A stretch of DNA of 64,000 bases from the NCBI RefSeq assembly GCF_036321535.1, contig NC_087436.1, forward strand, positions 20,462,001 through 20,526,000. Direction: 5' to 3'. Shown here piece after piece: positions 1 through 11,629 of this stretch. A program made the translations under genes and the position numbers. The notes beneath the pieces are model-generated. The model saw nothing but the letters and a program-made list of their open reading frames with translations, was not told where the DNA came from and made no database searches. The stretch is from Camelus dromedarius (taxonomy: Eukaryota). Every line of letters begins with the position of its first letter. Within the stretch, counting starts at the first letter, position 1.

Positions 1-368
1 ATAGATCAAGTCAACCCATTTGACAGGAAAGGAAATAAAGCCCAGACCTGCCCAAAGTCTAGGCTAGTTAAAGAGGCTGAAGCTGACACTCTGATGCTGT
101 GTCCTTTTGACTACTCTCCTCTGCTGCTTTGCACATCTTGTAAGTCATGATATAATATATTTTAGGAATAAAAACTGAATTCCCCAGAGTTTTTAATCAC
201 AGTGATTAAGTTCTATCAACTGCTTTTGAGAAATGAATAATTAATATCCAGGGAATATTAGCAATCCATTTGGTTACTAAATTTTTATTTTTACCTATTG
301 TAGGAATATGCTTAGGCCCTGGTGTAATGTGGATATTCCTTTTTTCTACATAGAATATTAAAAAAAAA

Positions 369-483
369 ATGACCACACCAAACAAGACACCTCCTGGTGC
401 TGACCCTAAGCAGTTGGAAAGGACTGGAACAGTACGGGAAATTGGGTCGCAAGCTGTTTGGTCACTCTCATCTTGCAAACCAG
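369..483 (+). CDS. ANAPC10: ANAPC10 coding exon 1 (aa 1-38 plus 1 nt); exon begins at 354 with 15 nt of 5'UTR
   Basis: ATG at 369 translates MTTPNKTPPGADPKQLERTGTVREIGSQAVWSLSSCKP, the APC10 N-terminus. Acceptor tttttctacatag ends at 353; donor CAG|gtaaaa at 483/484. Confidence 0.98.
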
Positions 484-719
484 GTAAAACAAAACAAAAC
501 AAAACAGCTGTTTGTAATAACTACTGAAAATTTCCTTGTACACTGGGCTGACTTTACTATTCTTTTTGTTTAGATGCTTTATTTTAATTCCAAAATAAAT
601 CTAATTGGATTTTAAACAAATAGTTATATAATCTCTTTACAGTTGCTTTGCTAGTACCCACTTCAGTATAACTGCACATGTCATAAGGTCTCTTTATTCT
701 CCCCTCTCTCTGCTATAAC

Positions 720-3141
720 TCGGTTATTTGGTTAGCTTTTCTAGCCAGTTTTTCTAAGTTACCATTTGGAGATACCCTTGTGGACCATGACAGAGGTTTG
801 GCTGCTGTTGGTTCTTTTAAGGGCAGCATTCCTGCAGAAATATCAGTAAGGTGATTTCCCTTAGCTTCCAGAGAGTCAAGTTTAGATTTCTCCAAAATCT
901 TAATTATAGGCAAAGCAGAGGTAAATGTGTTGCATCCAATAATTTATGAATGTAGGGGCCATTTTAAATTTTATTTCTGCTGGAAGTAAAGAAATCATGT
1001 TGCTTTCACAGCATTTCAAAATCATGAGCTACTCTGAAAGCATGTCTGCTTTTAGTACAAATGTTGGCAGTTTTGTCCTTGGTTAAAGTGCAGGACTGTG
1101 TAAGAGCGAAGAATTCAGCCTTTTGAGTTGAAGTAGCCATAGGTAAAGTTTGCTGCCTCAGTAGCCTCGGAAGGAGTTGTAATAGCTTACCCAGCACAAT
1201 ATTTGCCATTGTCACCTTTTAAATAAGAACCATCAGTGAACCATGAGAAGTCAGAATTAAACAGGAATTTCCTGTAGATCATCACAAGGAGTCAGGAGGT
1301 GGTCCTTCAGCATTAAAGCAGTTGTGAAGGACTTCATCAGTGACTGGGTGGGGAAGAGTAGCCTGATTTAGGCTGTTACAATGTAAAAGAGTTAGATGAG
1401 GAACAGCTAACAAAGGATTTCTTAGGAGGTGAGGCAGCTGACTGAGAAGTGTTGAGTATGATGAGAATTCAGGGGAGCTTCTGTTGCATGAAGTACAAAA
1501 GTGATTAAAGGGAATTCCACAGTGAATTTCTTGGTGACTTTAACTAAAAGAGCAGTGGCTGTAATGGTTCCAAAGCAAGGGGGGTATCTTTCATGCCACA
1601 GGGTCCAGTTGCTGGTGTAATATCCTATGGGTCACTGGTGATCCCCATGTTTTTGGGTGAGTAACTCATGGGCATTCCCCTCCCATTTTCATATACAAAA
1701 AGGGAATAATTGGAATGCCCAAGGGCAGGTGGGTTCAACAAACTCTCCATTAAGGCCTTGGTAGCTATGTCATCTGGTTCTTCTCATAAAATTGGGTCAG
1801 GGCTGTTATTAAGTAAAACTTATAGAAACTTTGGCCATAGAAGAGAAATTTGGAATCTAATTTCAGCAGTAACCAACTAGCCTGAGAAAACCTTGCAGTT
1901 GGTGCTTAAGGGTTTTGGGAAACTTAGGACACCATGAAGTCTGTTGAGATCTAGGTGTAGCCCTTGTTCTGATATCACATGCCCTAAATAGCAAACCTGG
2001 GTTTGGGCCAACTGCAGTTTTCTTTGGCAATCTTATGTCCCTTTAAGGCTAAAAGCTTTAGCAAGTAGATGATGACTTCCTATGAGGAGGCTTGAAAAGG
2101 AGAGTAAAGAAGCAAATCATTGCAACAAAGTAGAACCCCCAGGGAACTTTTTATCATCCAGATCAGCCTTCAGGATTTGAGAGAAAAAAGACTTAGTAAA
2201 ACTCTGAGGTATTACTGCCCAGGTGAATTATATTTCTTCCAAAGTAAAGGCAAAAAGGTATTGGCTAGCTTCATCAACTGGAATACTAAAGCATACCCTG
2301 CATGAATCAATTACAGTAAAGAATTTACTCATGGTGGGAATGGATGTTAGTGACATATGAAGGTTAGGAGCAACAGGGTGTCCAAGGATAACAGTGTTGT
2401 TTATTGCTGGTGGTCCTGGACAAACCTCCACCTGTAGGTTTTTCTCACCAGTAAAATGGGGGTGTTACAGGGACTAGCTCAAGAGATAGAGACCTCAAGC
2501 CTTGTAATCTTATATTGTGGGCTTTATGTCTTGAAAGACTTTTTTACTTATAAGTTACTGATTAATTCTGGGAAGAGGTTTTGAGGGGTCTGTTTGAATC
2601 TTGATGGGAGATGTGCTGTGGATTTCGCCCATGAAGAAGGGATTAGCTGATTTAAAAGGGACAAATGATCAGTGTTTCCAGAATCAGTTCTAGGACCATC
2701 AGAAATGAAACAAGTAAAAGATATCAAAGGGTCATTTAACTCACTTGTTGGTTAGTTTGATGACTACTCTCAGTTTCTAAAATTATTTCCCCCTTTTAGG
2801 AGAAAGAAATTACAGCATGATACTTATCTAAGAAGTCTTGGCATAATGAATAGATAGGGGTGGAGGAACTAAGGGAAAGAAAGGTGTGTATCTCTCAAAG
2901 AGCCTAAACAAAAGGGGATACGTTCAGAAACAGGAACCTCTTGGGGATCATTAGAGATCCCCACTATTTGAGCTGTTTTAGTTCTCTGAGGCAGGGGCTG
3001 TTTTATAGTAGTTGGGGTATAGAGTGTGGCTCTAGTGTTAATTAGGCCTGGGAGAGATTCACCCCCAATTTGGAGAAATGTTTCTTGAAATCGATTAAGA
3101 GAGAGGATTGGGAGGAGCCCCTGTAGTTCCTCTGAGCCCTG
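720..3141 (-). pseudogene. pol: ERV pro-pol remnant (protease, RT, RNase H)
   Basis: LINTRATL (degenerate LIDTGA; N-T-R codons at 3039-3031); FFTVIDS..FSIPVDEASQYLFAFT (RT); TSTQKAEFFALTQSC, ANICTKSRHAFRVAHDF and AKGNHLTD (RNase H). Confidence 0.88.
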
Positions 3142-4538
3142 TCACTGAGAATTAGGAGGATGTTGGAGAGGCTGGTTAGCGGGCTGAAGGTGCCTAAGGT
3201 GCTTAAATTTGTAACAATCTCTTTTCCAATGTTCTGACTCTTTGCAGAAACTTGGAAGATTTTGGTCCCATTTAGGGACTTTAATTTGCTGAAATTGAAA
3301 ATTAACAATTTTGTCAGTGATTCTAGAGTGCAAGAGAACTGGTTCATCAGATTAACTAAATCTGGAATGGACATAGTTTCCCAGTTCATCCTAGTCCTTT
3401 TACTAGAAGGGAATGGTCCCAGTTCAGCCCATTAATAAACAGAGTTAAAAGCTACCTGGGTTGAATCAACATCTGAAGGAAGACCAGAATTTTCTTTAAA
3501 AAGAATTAGAAGTTGATTATAATAATCATAAACAGGTTCATCAGATTTTTGTATGCAAGTCTGAATTTTGTTCCAATCAACAGGCTTTGGAAAAATCCTA
3601 GGAATTGCATGATAAAGTTGCTTGAGCAATTGCTGGGGCCTGGTCGTATGATAAGTTGATGGGCTGGTCTCCCAGTTATAATTTTAGAGACTTTTTAGGA
3701 TTTTCCTAATTGGCAGTTTTCATCCAGTGCTGGACCTGGCCTTCACTAACAAGCTGAAAGGATTCAGAGAAACCAGGTTGACAAGTTTTAATGACTGTAT
3801 TAAGTCACTCAGCAAATCTGTAAGGATCTTCAGTTACTTTGGGAAAATCTTTGACAATGGCTTGCAGTTCAATTTTTGTCCAGGGAATATATGAAATTGA
3901 GGATTTAGCCTCTGGATTCTCAGAAGGCTTAATTTTAAAGGGACAGGTTCTGATAAGTTCAGAGGAAAAGGGAGAATTTAAGAGAAAAGGGGAGGCTGGC
4001 AAAAGAATTGGTATGGGGGAATTGAAGGTATAGAGGAGGCGTAGGCAGCACAAAAGGGAAGGGGGAAGATGGTGCCAGAGGTGGAGTCTGGCCACAAGGA
4101 GCTGAGGGAAGGAGACAAGATGAGATGGGGCCTAAGACGAAGAAGCCAAGGAAGAGAAGCCTGAGGCTTCAGGAGCCACTTTATCTTTCTTTAATCATTT
4201 GTTTGCCTCAGTTAATCTTAGAATTTTATTCTGCAGAGAGGCGATTTTAGCCTCCTGATAATGCTGAAAAGCCTCAAAATGGCAATCAAAATAAGCATTA
4301 ACGCTGAGTTTTGGACATTTTTGAGCCATTGTAATCCTATTCAGTTTTAAGGAAATTAAGTTAGAGATTTCAAAAATTCTCTGTAATGGTCATTTATATT
4401 CTAAATTGCCTTCGGTCAGGTTGGTCCATTTAATTAGAAATTTACATGAGGAAGGACCTCACCTTTTAAACATAAAATTATCTGGCGTCCTGTTAAGGGG
4501 TGGGCACACTCAGAATGTTTAGATAACTAGGATCCCAT
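3142..4538 (-). pseudogene. gag: ERV gag remnant
   Basis: Starts MGS*LSK (myristoylation-like); Pro-rich segment; capsid-like YIPWTKIELQAIVKDFPKVTEDP; MHR-like IQKSDEPVYDYYNQL; partial knuckle CKESEHWKRDC; TGA at 3144-3142. Confidence 0.85.
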
Positions 4539-5080
4539 TTCTCAGAGGTTTTTCTCTGTAGTAAAAGAACAATTTCCAAATAGTTTACAGCACATACAAC
4601 TCAATTCAAACAGCTTGTAGGCTAATCCCAGCCAGTTCTAAGGAAACAGCTTGGTCCTGGAGGAGCTGGGCCAGACTTTTTCAGCCAGTTTCCAGAGGCC
4701 AGCCCATTCCAAAAGAATAGAATGAAGATGAAAAACTGTCACAGTTTCAGAGAAGCAGCCCCTGTTCCCAAAGGAAAGGGCCAAAGGTGTTTTCAGGCAG
4801 CTTTGGTTGAAATAGTCTGATCTCAAATTCTGACTGACATGCCAAATGAGTACTCATATACAGAACAAAGCCTTAACCAAAAGGATGAAACCTTAAAATC
4901 TATCTCAAATAAAGTTTGGAGAGTTTCAAATGCAAAGAGTGTGTGTGCTCATATCCAGGGGAAAGATTCAACCTTCAAATTCCAGTGTCAGCGAGAAAGC
5001 AGTGAGTGACAGTGGGTTCAGTGGTAGGTCCTGCACCTGTTTGCTCACCAGCCCTGGAACCATTGGGGAGTCTTCCCTGC

Positions 5081-5098
5081 TCTGCGTATGGGCCATCA
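5081..5098 (-). promoter_or_regulatory. Retroviral primer binding site, tRNA-Ile type
   Basis: TGATGGCCCATACGCAGA matches the Ile PBS TGGTGGCCCGTACGGGGA at 14/18 positions, directly after the LTR. Confidence 0.7.
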
Positions 5099-5100
5099 AC

Positions 5101-5434
5101 ATATTGATCTGAAATAAATAGTCTGCCATATATTTCTCCAGCAAAGATGGGTTTTCTTGGGATCAGCAGAGAATTGCAATTTGGGATCTGCAACCATGGC
5201 AAGCCATTTGTAAGTTCCCCCTTGGCAAGGGAAGTAGAACCCTTTTATAGAGAGGAAAAGGAAGCTGGGAGGGCTATAGTAGACAAAGAGGCCATGGCTT
5301 CTCATTGGCTGCATCCTTGCCAGGAAAGAGGAGTCTTCTTCCTTTTGGGCTCTGTTATGGTCACAGGGTGTGAGAGCTCCCCCATCTGGTCTCTCAACTC
5401 TATTTAATTGAGATTTGTGTTTATTATTTTTACA
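5101..5434 (-). mobile_element. 5' LTR of the ERV
   Basis: Starts TGTAAAAAT on the minus strand at 5434, contains CCAAT and TCTATAAAA, and ends just before the PBS. Confidence 0.75.
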
Positions 5435-5607
5435 CTTACGAGAACTGAGATCTTAAGAGGATGGAAGAATTTTGGTTAATTTAAATTTCACAGTACTGAC
5501 CATCATCTTTATCACACTTTCTGATCAAATATATTTGGTAATTTTATATTTTGAATATATGGCTCTTTCTTTTTTATGAGAATTTATTGTAACTTTGGTG
5601 TTTTTAG

Positions 5608-5698
5608 GGTTTGGAGTGGATCAATTACGAGATGACAATCTAGAAACTTACTGGCAATCAGATGGCTCCCAGCCTCATTTAGTGAACATCCAATTCAG
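5608..5698 (+). CDS. ANAPC10: ANAPC10 coding exon 2 (91 nt)
   Basis: tttttag| acceptor; translates (G)[29 protein letters not shown](R) of the DOC domain; donor AG|gtaata; phase matches neighbouring exons. Confidence 0.98.
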
Positions 5699-6316
5699 GT
5701 AATATGTTTTTGAATTTTCAGCTTGTATAAGTTATCAGTGGATAAAGAAATCTTTTATTTACATAAAACTTAAAGAAATACAGACATTGCAGTGAAGTGC
5801 ACTTAGCTCTGCCTTTTTGTAAGCCTTAGAGATTATTTTTCTGCTCTGCTAGATTTTAAATGTTTTAAGTTTACTTTGTCTTATCTTTTATGAATTCTTG
5901 ATGGTATTGTACACAGTTCCTTTCATGTAGATATTTCTCAGATGTACTTTTCAATATGATTTATTTCAAAAAAATTATACTTTGCTTATGACACAATGCA
6001 GTGCCTTAATGCATTTCATTAAGTCCACCAGGAGTGATGATAGTAAGTCTTGAGCTATAGACCATTTATATAACTTCTCATATTTGTACTTCCATTTAGA
6101 AAAAAAATTATTCTAACTGATTACCTCTAAGGATATTCTCAGTTTTGAAATGCTTACTTTTGGGGAGGAAGTGGAAAACAGCCATATGTTTGTCAAGTGC
6201 TTTGAATTTATTGACATAGATGGAAACCGGTTAACTTGTTTATCTTGCTCCATTTATACCATCTATTTTAACATTCTCTAGCATTGTAGTTTTAGTCTGT
6301 TTTTATTGTCCTAGGA

Positions 6317-6530
6317 TACAGATCAGCAAATTTCTTATGAAAAAGCCAGATAGTAAATATTTTAGACCTTGTGTGTTGTCTGGTCCCTGTTGCAAGTACT
6401 TAGTAATACCATTATTGCATGAAAGCAGCTGTAGGCAACGCATAATGACTGAATTTACCTTTTCTAATTAATCTTACAAATGTAGGTGGTGGACAGGTTT
6501 CAGTCAGTGGGCTATGTATGCCAACTCTTG
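6317..6530 (+). mobile_element. hAT-Charlie MITE, MER58A-like
   Basis: Degenerate termini ..tcagcaaa / tgccaactcttg; 8-bp TSD tcctagga (6309-6316) / tcctagaa (6531-6538). Confidence 0.75.
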
Positions 6531-6709
6531 TCCTAGAATATTAAATATATATACACCAGAAATAAAAACAGCAGCTAATATTTTTTAAAAGGCTTTAAAT
6601 ACCAGATACTTTGCTAAATGCCTTACCTGTTTATTTCATTTAACTTTTATGGCTATTTTTATCTTTATTTTATAGCCTTAGAAGCAGAGAGATAGAGTAA
6701 CTTGCTCTA

Positions 6710-7470
6710 GGTATCTCATATGAGTAGAATCATACAGTATTTGTCCTTTTGTGTTTAGTGTAACTTAGCATAATGTTTTCATGGTCCATCCATGTATTAG
6801 AATTTCATTCCTTTTTAAGTCTAAATAGTATTCCATTGTACGTATATACCAATTTCATTTGCTGTTGATGGACATTTGGATTGTTTCCACCTTATGGCTA
6901 TTGTGAGTAATCCTGCCCTGAACATGATGGACAAGTTGTCTGTTTGAGTCCTGGCTTTCAGTTCTTTTGCATGTATACCTAGAAGTGGAATTGCTTGATC
7001 TAATGGTAATTCTGTGTTTAATTTTTTGAGGTACTACCATACTGTTTTCCACAGCAGCTGTACCATTTTACATCCCCAAAAACAATATTGTATATTGTTT
7101 ACCATTTCTCCACATCCATGCCAATACTCGTTTTCTATTTTTTTGATAATAGCCATTCTAATGGGTGTGAAGTGAAACCATCATTAAGGTTTTGATTTGC
7201 ATTTCTTTAATGATTAGTGATGTTGAGCCTCTTTTCAAGTACTTATTGGCCATTTAATATCTTTTTTGGAGAAATGGCTATTCAAGTCCTTTGCCCATTT
7301 TTGAATTGGCTTTTTGCTTTTTTGTTGTTGATTTTTAGGAGTTTTTTATATATTCTGGATTTTATTTTCTCCCATTCTGTGGGTTGCCACTTTATAAAAA
7401 TTTTTATTTTTGATGAAATACATTTTGTTAATTTTTTTATGTTGCTTATACTTTTTGATGTCATATCTCA
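6710..7470 (-). mobile_element. Old L1 3' fragment (L1MA/MB-like)
   Basis: Typical antisense L1 ORF2-end/3'UTR text (tagtattccattgta, atagccattctaatgggtgtgaagtg); ORF remnant KWQPTEWEKI. Confidence 0.85.
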
Positions 7471-7524
7471 TTGTTTGGTTTTTAAATCGTTTTCTAATGA
7501 AGTATGGATGTTATGACACTATTA

Positions 7525-7882
7525 TTTCTAAGGCTTGGTCATAAAAGGCAATTTCTGCCTTGTTCTCTTTCTTTTATGTGACTCTCCCCCTTGATACCCA
7601 TCTACCATGCTGTGAGAAAACCCACATCAAATGGAGAAGCCCATTAGAATAATGAACCAAAGCCCAAGTCGTCAGCTAAGCTCCCAGCTGACAACCAGCA
7701 CCAACTTGTCAGCCGTATTGGTGAGCCATCTTGGAAACAAATCCTTCAGATCTCAAGTCAGGGTGCTACACCTGATGCTGTGTAGGACCTTCCCTTCTGA
7801 GCCCTGCCCACATTCCAAATTCATAAACAAAATAATTTCTACTTTTTAAAGCCACTAAATTTCGACGTGGTTTGTTATACAC
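7525..7882 (+). mobile_element. MaLR LTR (MLT1-like)
   Basis: ccatgctgtgagaaaaccca, cagccgtattggtgagccatcttgga, ttttaaagccactaaatttcg..gtggtttgttatac. Confidence 0.75.
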
Positions 7883-8193
7883 CTGTAGGCACATATTTAT
7901 ATTACCTCTTTTTAATTTATTATTTTTAAATTCTATCATCTGTCTTTTCTATATCTATCTTTATTGACTGATTTTTCCTCATTATGGCTCACATTTTTCT
8001 GCATCTTTGCAGTAATTTTTGATTGGATCCTGGTATAGTAAATTTCACCACGTTGAATGTTAGATTTTTTTTTTTTAAGAGGATTAGACTTTGTTCTGGC
8101 AGGCAGTTAAGTTACTTAAGAATCAACTTGATCTTTTTGAGGCTTGATTTTAAGCCTCTTTATAGTGGGTCTAGAGTACCTTTTACTCCAGGG

Positions 8194-8416
8194 TGGGAGT
8201 CAGCAAACTTTTTGTAATGGCGTAGACAGTAAACATTTTAGGCCTTGCAGACTATGTTTAAGCTATTGCAACTGCCCGGCGCTGCTGTTGTAGTGCAGAA
8301 GTAGCTGCGGACAGTAGGTGAGTGAATGGGCATTGCTTTGTTTCACTGTTACTTTATTTACAAAAATAGGTGGTAAGCCACATTTGGCATCTGAACCGTG
8401 GGTTTGCTGATCCCTG
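8194..8416 (+). mobile_element. hAT MITE, MER58A-like
   Basis: Termini tgggagtcagcaaac / gtttgctgatccctg form a terminal inverted repeat; TSD ctccaggg / ctctaggg. Confidence 0.8.
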
Positions 8417-8424
8417 CTCTAGGG

Positions 8425-8931
8425 CAGCAATTCTCCAACTTTTTGGTTCCAGTACCATTTTAACCTTTTATTGAGGCCTCCAAAAGCCTTTTATTTATTT
8501 TTTATATCTTTTCAGTATTAACCATATTAGAAATGATAGCTGAGGAATTTTAAAGTATTTATTATCTAAAATTAAATAATAATCTACTATATGTTAACAT
8601 AAATAACATTTTTCAATGAAAAATAACTGTCTCTTCCAAAACACAAAATAGTGAGAATAGTGTTACTGTTTTACTTTTCTTGTGAATCTCTTTAGTGGTC
8701 CGACTTAAGAGAAGACAGCTGGAGTCTCACATACGCTTCTTCATTCAACCTTTTACAGCATCCCATGTCAGATTGCATCTGGAAAACTGCACTGTACACT
8801 CATAAGAGAATGATTCTGAAAAAGACAAATAATGTCTTAGTATTATTAGGAAAATAGTTATGACCTTGTTGATCCCCTAAAGGAGTCTTGAGATCCCTCA
8901 CAGATCCCCAGACCACTCTTTAAGATCACTT
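8425..8931 (+). mobile_element. hAT Charlie1-like non-autonomous element
   Basis: Termini cagcaattctccaac / ctttaagatcactt; internal Charlie1-like text; flanked by ctctaggg / ctcatggg. Confidence 0.7.
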
Positions 8932-9009
8932 CTCATGGGCAAGATTAGCCTCATGGAATGCTGCGGCTTGACCCTTCTGGGATCTCAAATGAATGTCCTA
9001 GATATTTGA

Positions 9010-9140
9010 GGGTTTTTTTTTTTCATTTTTTTTTTACTGAAGTATAGTTGATTTACAATGTTTCAGGTGTATACCAGATTCCTTTCCATTATAGGTTACT
9101 ACAAGATTGTGAATATAGTTCCTTGTGCTATACAGTAGGC
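9010..9140 (-). mobile_element. Short 5'-truncated L1 3' end with TSD
   Basis: Poly-T then tgaagtatagttgatttacaatg; 16-bp TSD tgtcctagatatttga (8994-9009) / tgccctagatatttga (9141-9156). Confidence 0.85.
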
Positions 9141-10729
9141 TGCCCTAGATATTTGAAGAGATATTTGGACTCTCCACTTTGGTTGTTAGGAACGCTGATG
9201 ATTGGCTACTCTGTGTGACCTCTGGGAATTGTTTGGCTTACTGCTTCTAAGGAATTGTACTCACAGCAACTGCTGTTCTTTGCATGTCTTTGTGGAGTTT
9301 CATCCCATGCATGCACAGATTGGTATTCAAAGACTCAAGGGAACTCCATGCAGATGTCTGGAGTTTTTTTTCTCAGTATAGCTCCTTCGTCAATTAGTGA
9401 GACTGCAGGATTCTGTTAGACTCTTCCCTCCCTGTATTGCAGTCCAGAAATTGCCTTCAGTCCAGAAGCCCAGTTGTTCATAGGACTTACTTCATTCATT
9501 CCCTTTCTGTCCTGTTGTTCAGTGTCTGCAGTCAGATGTTTCGTAGATGTTGCCTGGTATTCTAGTTGTTTATGGTGGGAGGGCAAGTCTGGTAGCGGTA
9601 ATTCCTTCATGGGCAGACAGGACATCCTGACTTTTGCCTAAATCCCAGGCGGTGGGAAGGAGTAGGTGGGAAAGGTAAAAGGGGCATGCCTTCCTTTTAA
9701 AGAGGTTCTTTATAACACAACAGTCATTTGGTTCAACTCTTACTGGCCATAACTTAGCCATACAGTCATACCTAGCTTTAAGGGAAGCTGGGGAGTATAG
9801 TCTGTTAGCTGGATGTTCTGAAGAAAGAAGGGACAGGAGGCTGTTAGGTTGGCAACTAGGAGTTATCTGTCCCTAATGTCTTCTGTTGTAATTTCATGGG
9901 TTCCAAATCAGTTGGGAAATTATTCAAGAGTCAGCAGGTGGAGACCAAAGTATCACTCTTATAAAACTGACAAAGCTGATGTTTTAGAAAGGGTTTATAT
10001 CTGTGGTCAAGTGTGTTTCCTAAAATTGAACCCTAAAATTAAGCAGAGTTACCCATCCAGTTATGAAAGTGCTAGACCAGGTGGAGCCTGCTCCTATTAA
10101 ATGTGTGACATGAAGGAACAGAGCAAATACTGGCTTCCTGCCAGCAGCTCTTTCTCTGCAGAAGGGGAGTAGTGGGTGAGGGGATAGAGGCTGGGAGTGG
10201 TACTTACATCATCAGAAATGGGAAGTCTTACCTTCTTACTTCTCCCTTCTTACAGTACTGTATCCTAAGAGGTTAGCATAGTGCCTGGTGTCTAGTAAGC
10301 ATTCAGTTATGGTGATTATTATTTTCAAGATGATTTGAGCATTTGAGTAGCAACCACTAAGTCTCATAATCTGTGCACTTAATCTTCCCACATGCATTGC
10401 CATTTGACAAACAGCACGATTTTCTGTGCAATGTTATTTTAAAATTTTACCATGAGATAAAATTGATAAAAAATTTAAAAGGCTTAATGGGTACCTTTTA
10501 GAATGACAGTTTAAAATTCTTGGTGAGGTCACAGTTTCCTTTGCAAGTCTAATGAAACTGCGTATATTGCCTGAGTTATTCCCATGATTTCTGGTGCTAC
10601 ATGAGCTCATGATGTAGGTAAAATTTAAAGCATTACAAACATCTACATATTTACTGTAAAATGGTGTCAATGACAATGTTGAGTAAGCTAAGTACAGTTG
10701 ATTAGTAGGAAGGTGATAGTAGTTAAGAT

Positions 10730-10950
10730 CATGTGAGGCAGGCAGACACATGTGAACTCCCGCTCTGCCCATCTACTAGCTTTGTGACCTTAAGCCAGTT
10801 ATTAACCTGAGTGTTACTGTTTTTATTTTTTCAGTCAGTAAAATGGAAGTGATAATAGTTCCTCTATTGCAAGGTTGAGGAGTAGATGAGATAATACACA
10901 TAAAGCATTACTTCTGGGCCAGACACAGTATTCACTTGCTATTTGCTGCT
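10730..10950 (+). mobile_element. MIR SINE
   Basis: ctctgccc..tactagctttgtgaccttaagccagttattaacct..gtaaaatggaagtgataatag..atgagataatacacataaagca. Confidence 0.75.
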
Positions 10951-11629
10951 GTTGCTGTTGTGTTTATAATCATTAGGGTTATTACTGTTTTTTTGCCTTT
11001 CTAACCTAACCCTTATTATATCTTTTAGTTCTTAGTGACCAAGTTATCTTGAATTTAATAACTTAGAGATAAAATTATCCTGAGTTAAAAACTCAATCCT
11101 TTAGTTTGGCTTTTGTTAAAAAAAAAGTCCTTAAGAGTTATCGTCATGATCTTTGATCTCTCCATATTAAGAAAGAGCTTTCACTGCCTCTTTATGGCTG
11201 GTGCATCAGGGAAAAGATCTTTTGTACGCCATTCAAAATTCCCCCTTCTTCCTTTGCATCCTCTCCCATCTCCTTCCTGGCCCAGTAGAAAGAGAAAGAT
11301 GTCAGTTTGATACCGCTGGCCTCTTTTGAAAATCTGGTAATGGTATTTATGCTGTCAGCAGTTCCTGAGTATTTAGCGTTTTACACCTTGATCAGTCTTT
11401 ATTATTTGAGGAAAAGTCTTTAACTTTCCCCATTCCTTTCTGATGAAAAGCTTGGGCTACAGAAGTTTGGTCCCCTCACTCAGAACTACAGATCCCCTGC
11501 TGTTTTTATAGGCTGACTTTTGACATAGACTGCTTCTGTTCAAGGAGCTCATTGTTATGAAGTCAGTGCCGGTTATACCAGATCTTAACTTTCAAAGCAT
11601 ATTTAAATAGGCTTCTTAATTTTTTTTGG

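Larger units (their letters stand above)
700..5434 (-). mobile_element. Decayed class I (gamma-like/ERV1) endogenous retrovirus, 3'-truncated: LTR-PBS-gag-pro-RT-RNaseH
   Basis: Minus-strand motifs in canonical order: gag MHR-like, zinc knuckle remnant, protease, RT, RNase H. Many stops and frameshifts. Left boundary approximate. Confidence 0.92.

Noticed and set aside
206..502. 98-aa minus-strand ORF
   Set aside because: Antisense shadow of ANAPC10 coding exon 1; non-ATG start and no recognisable domain.
700..4538. Domesticated retroviral gene
   Set aside because: Stop at gag codon 4, multiple frameshifts and destroyed catalytic motifs.
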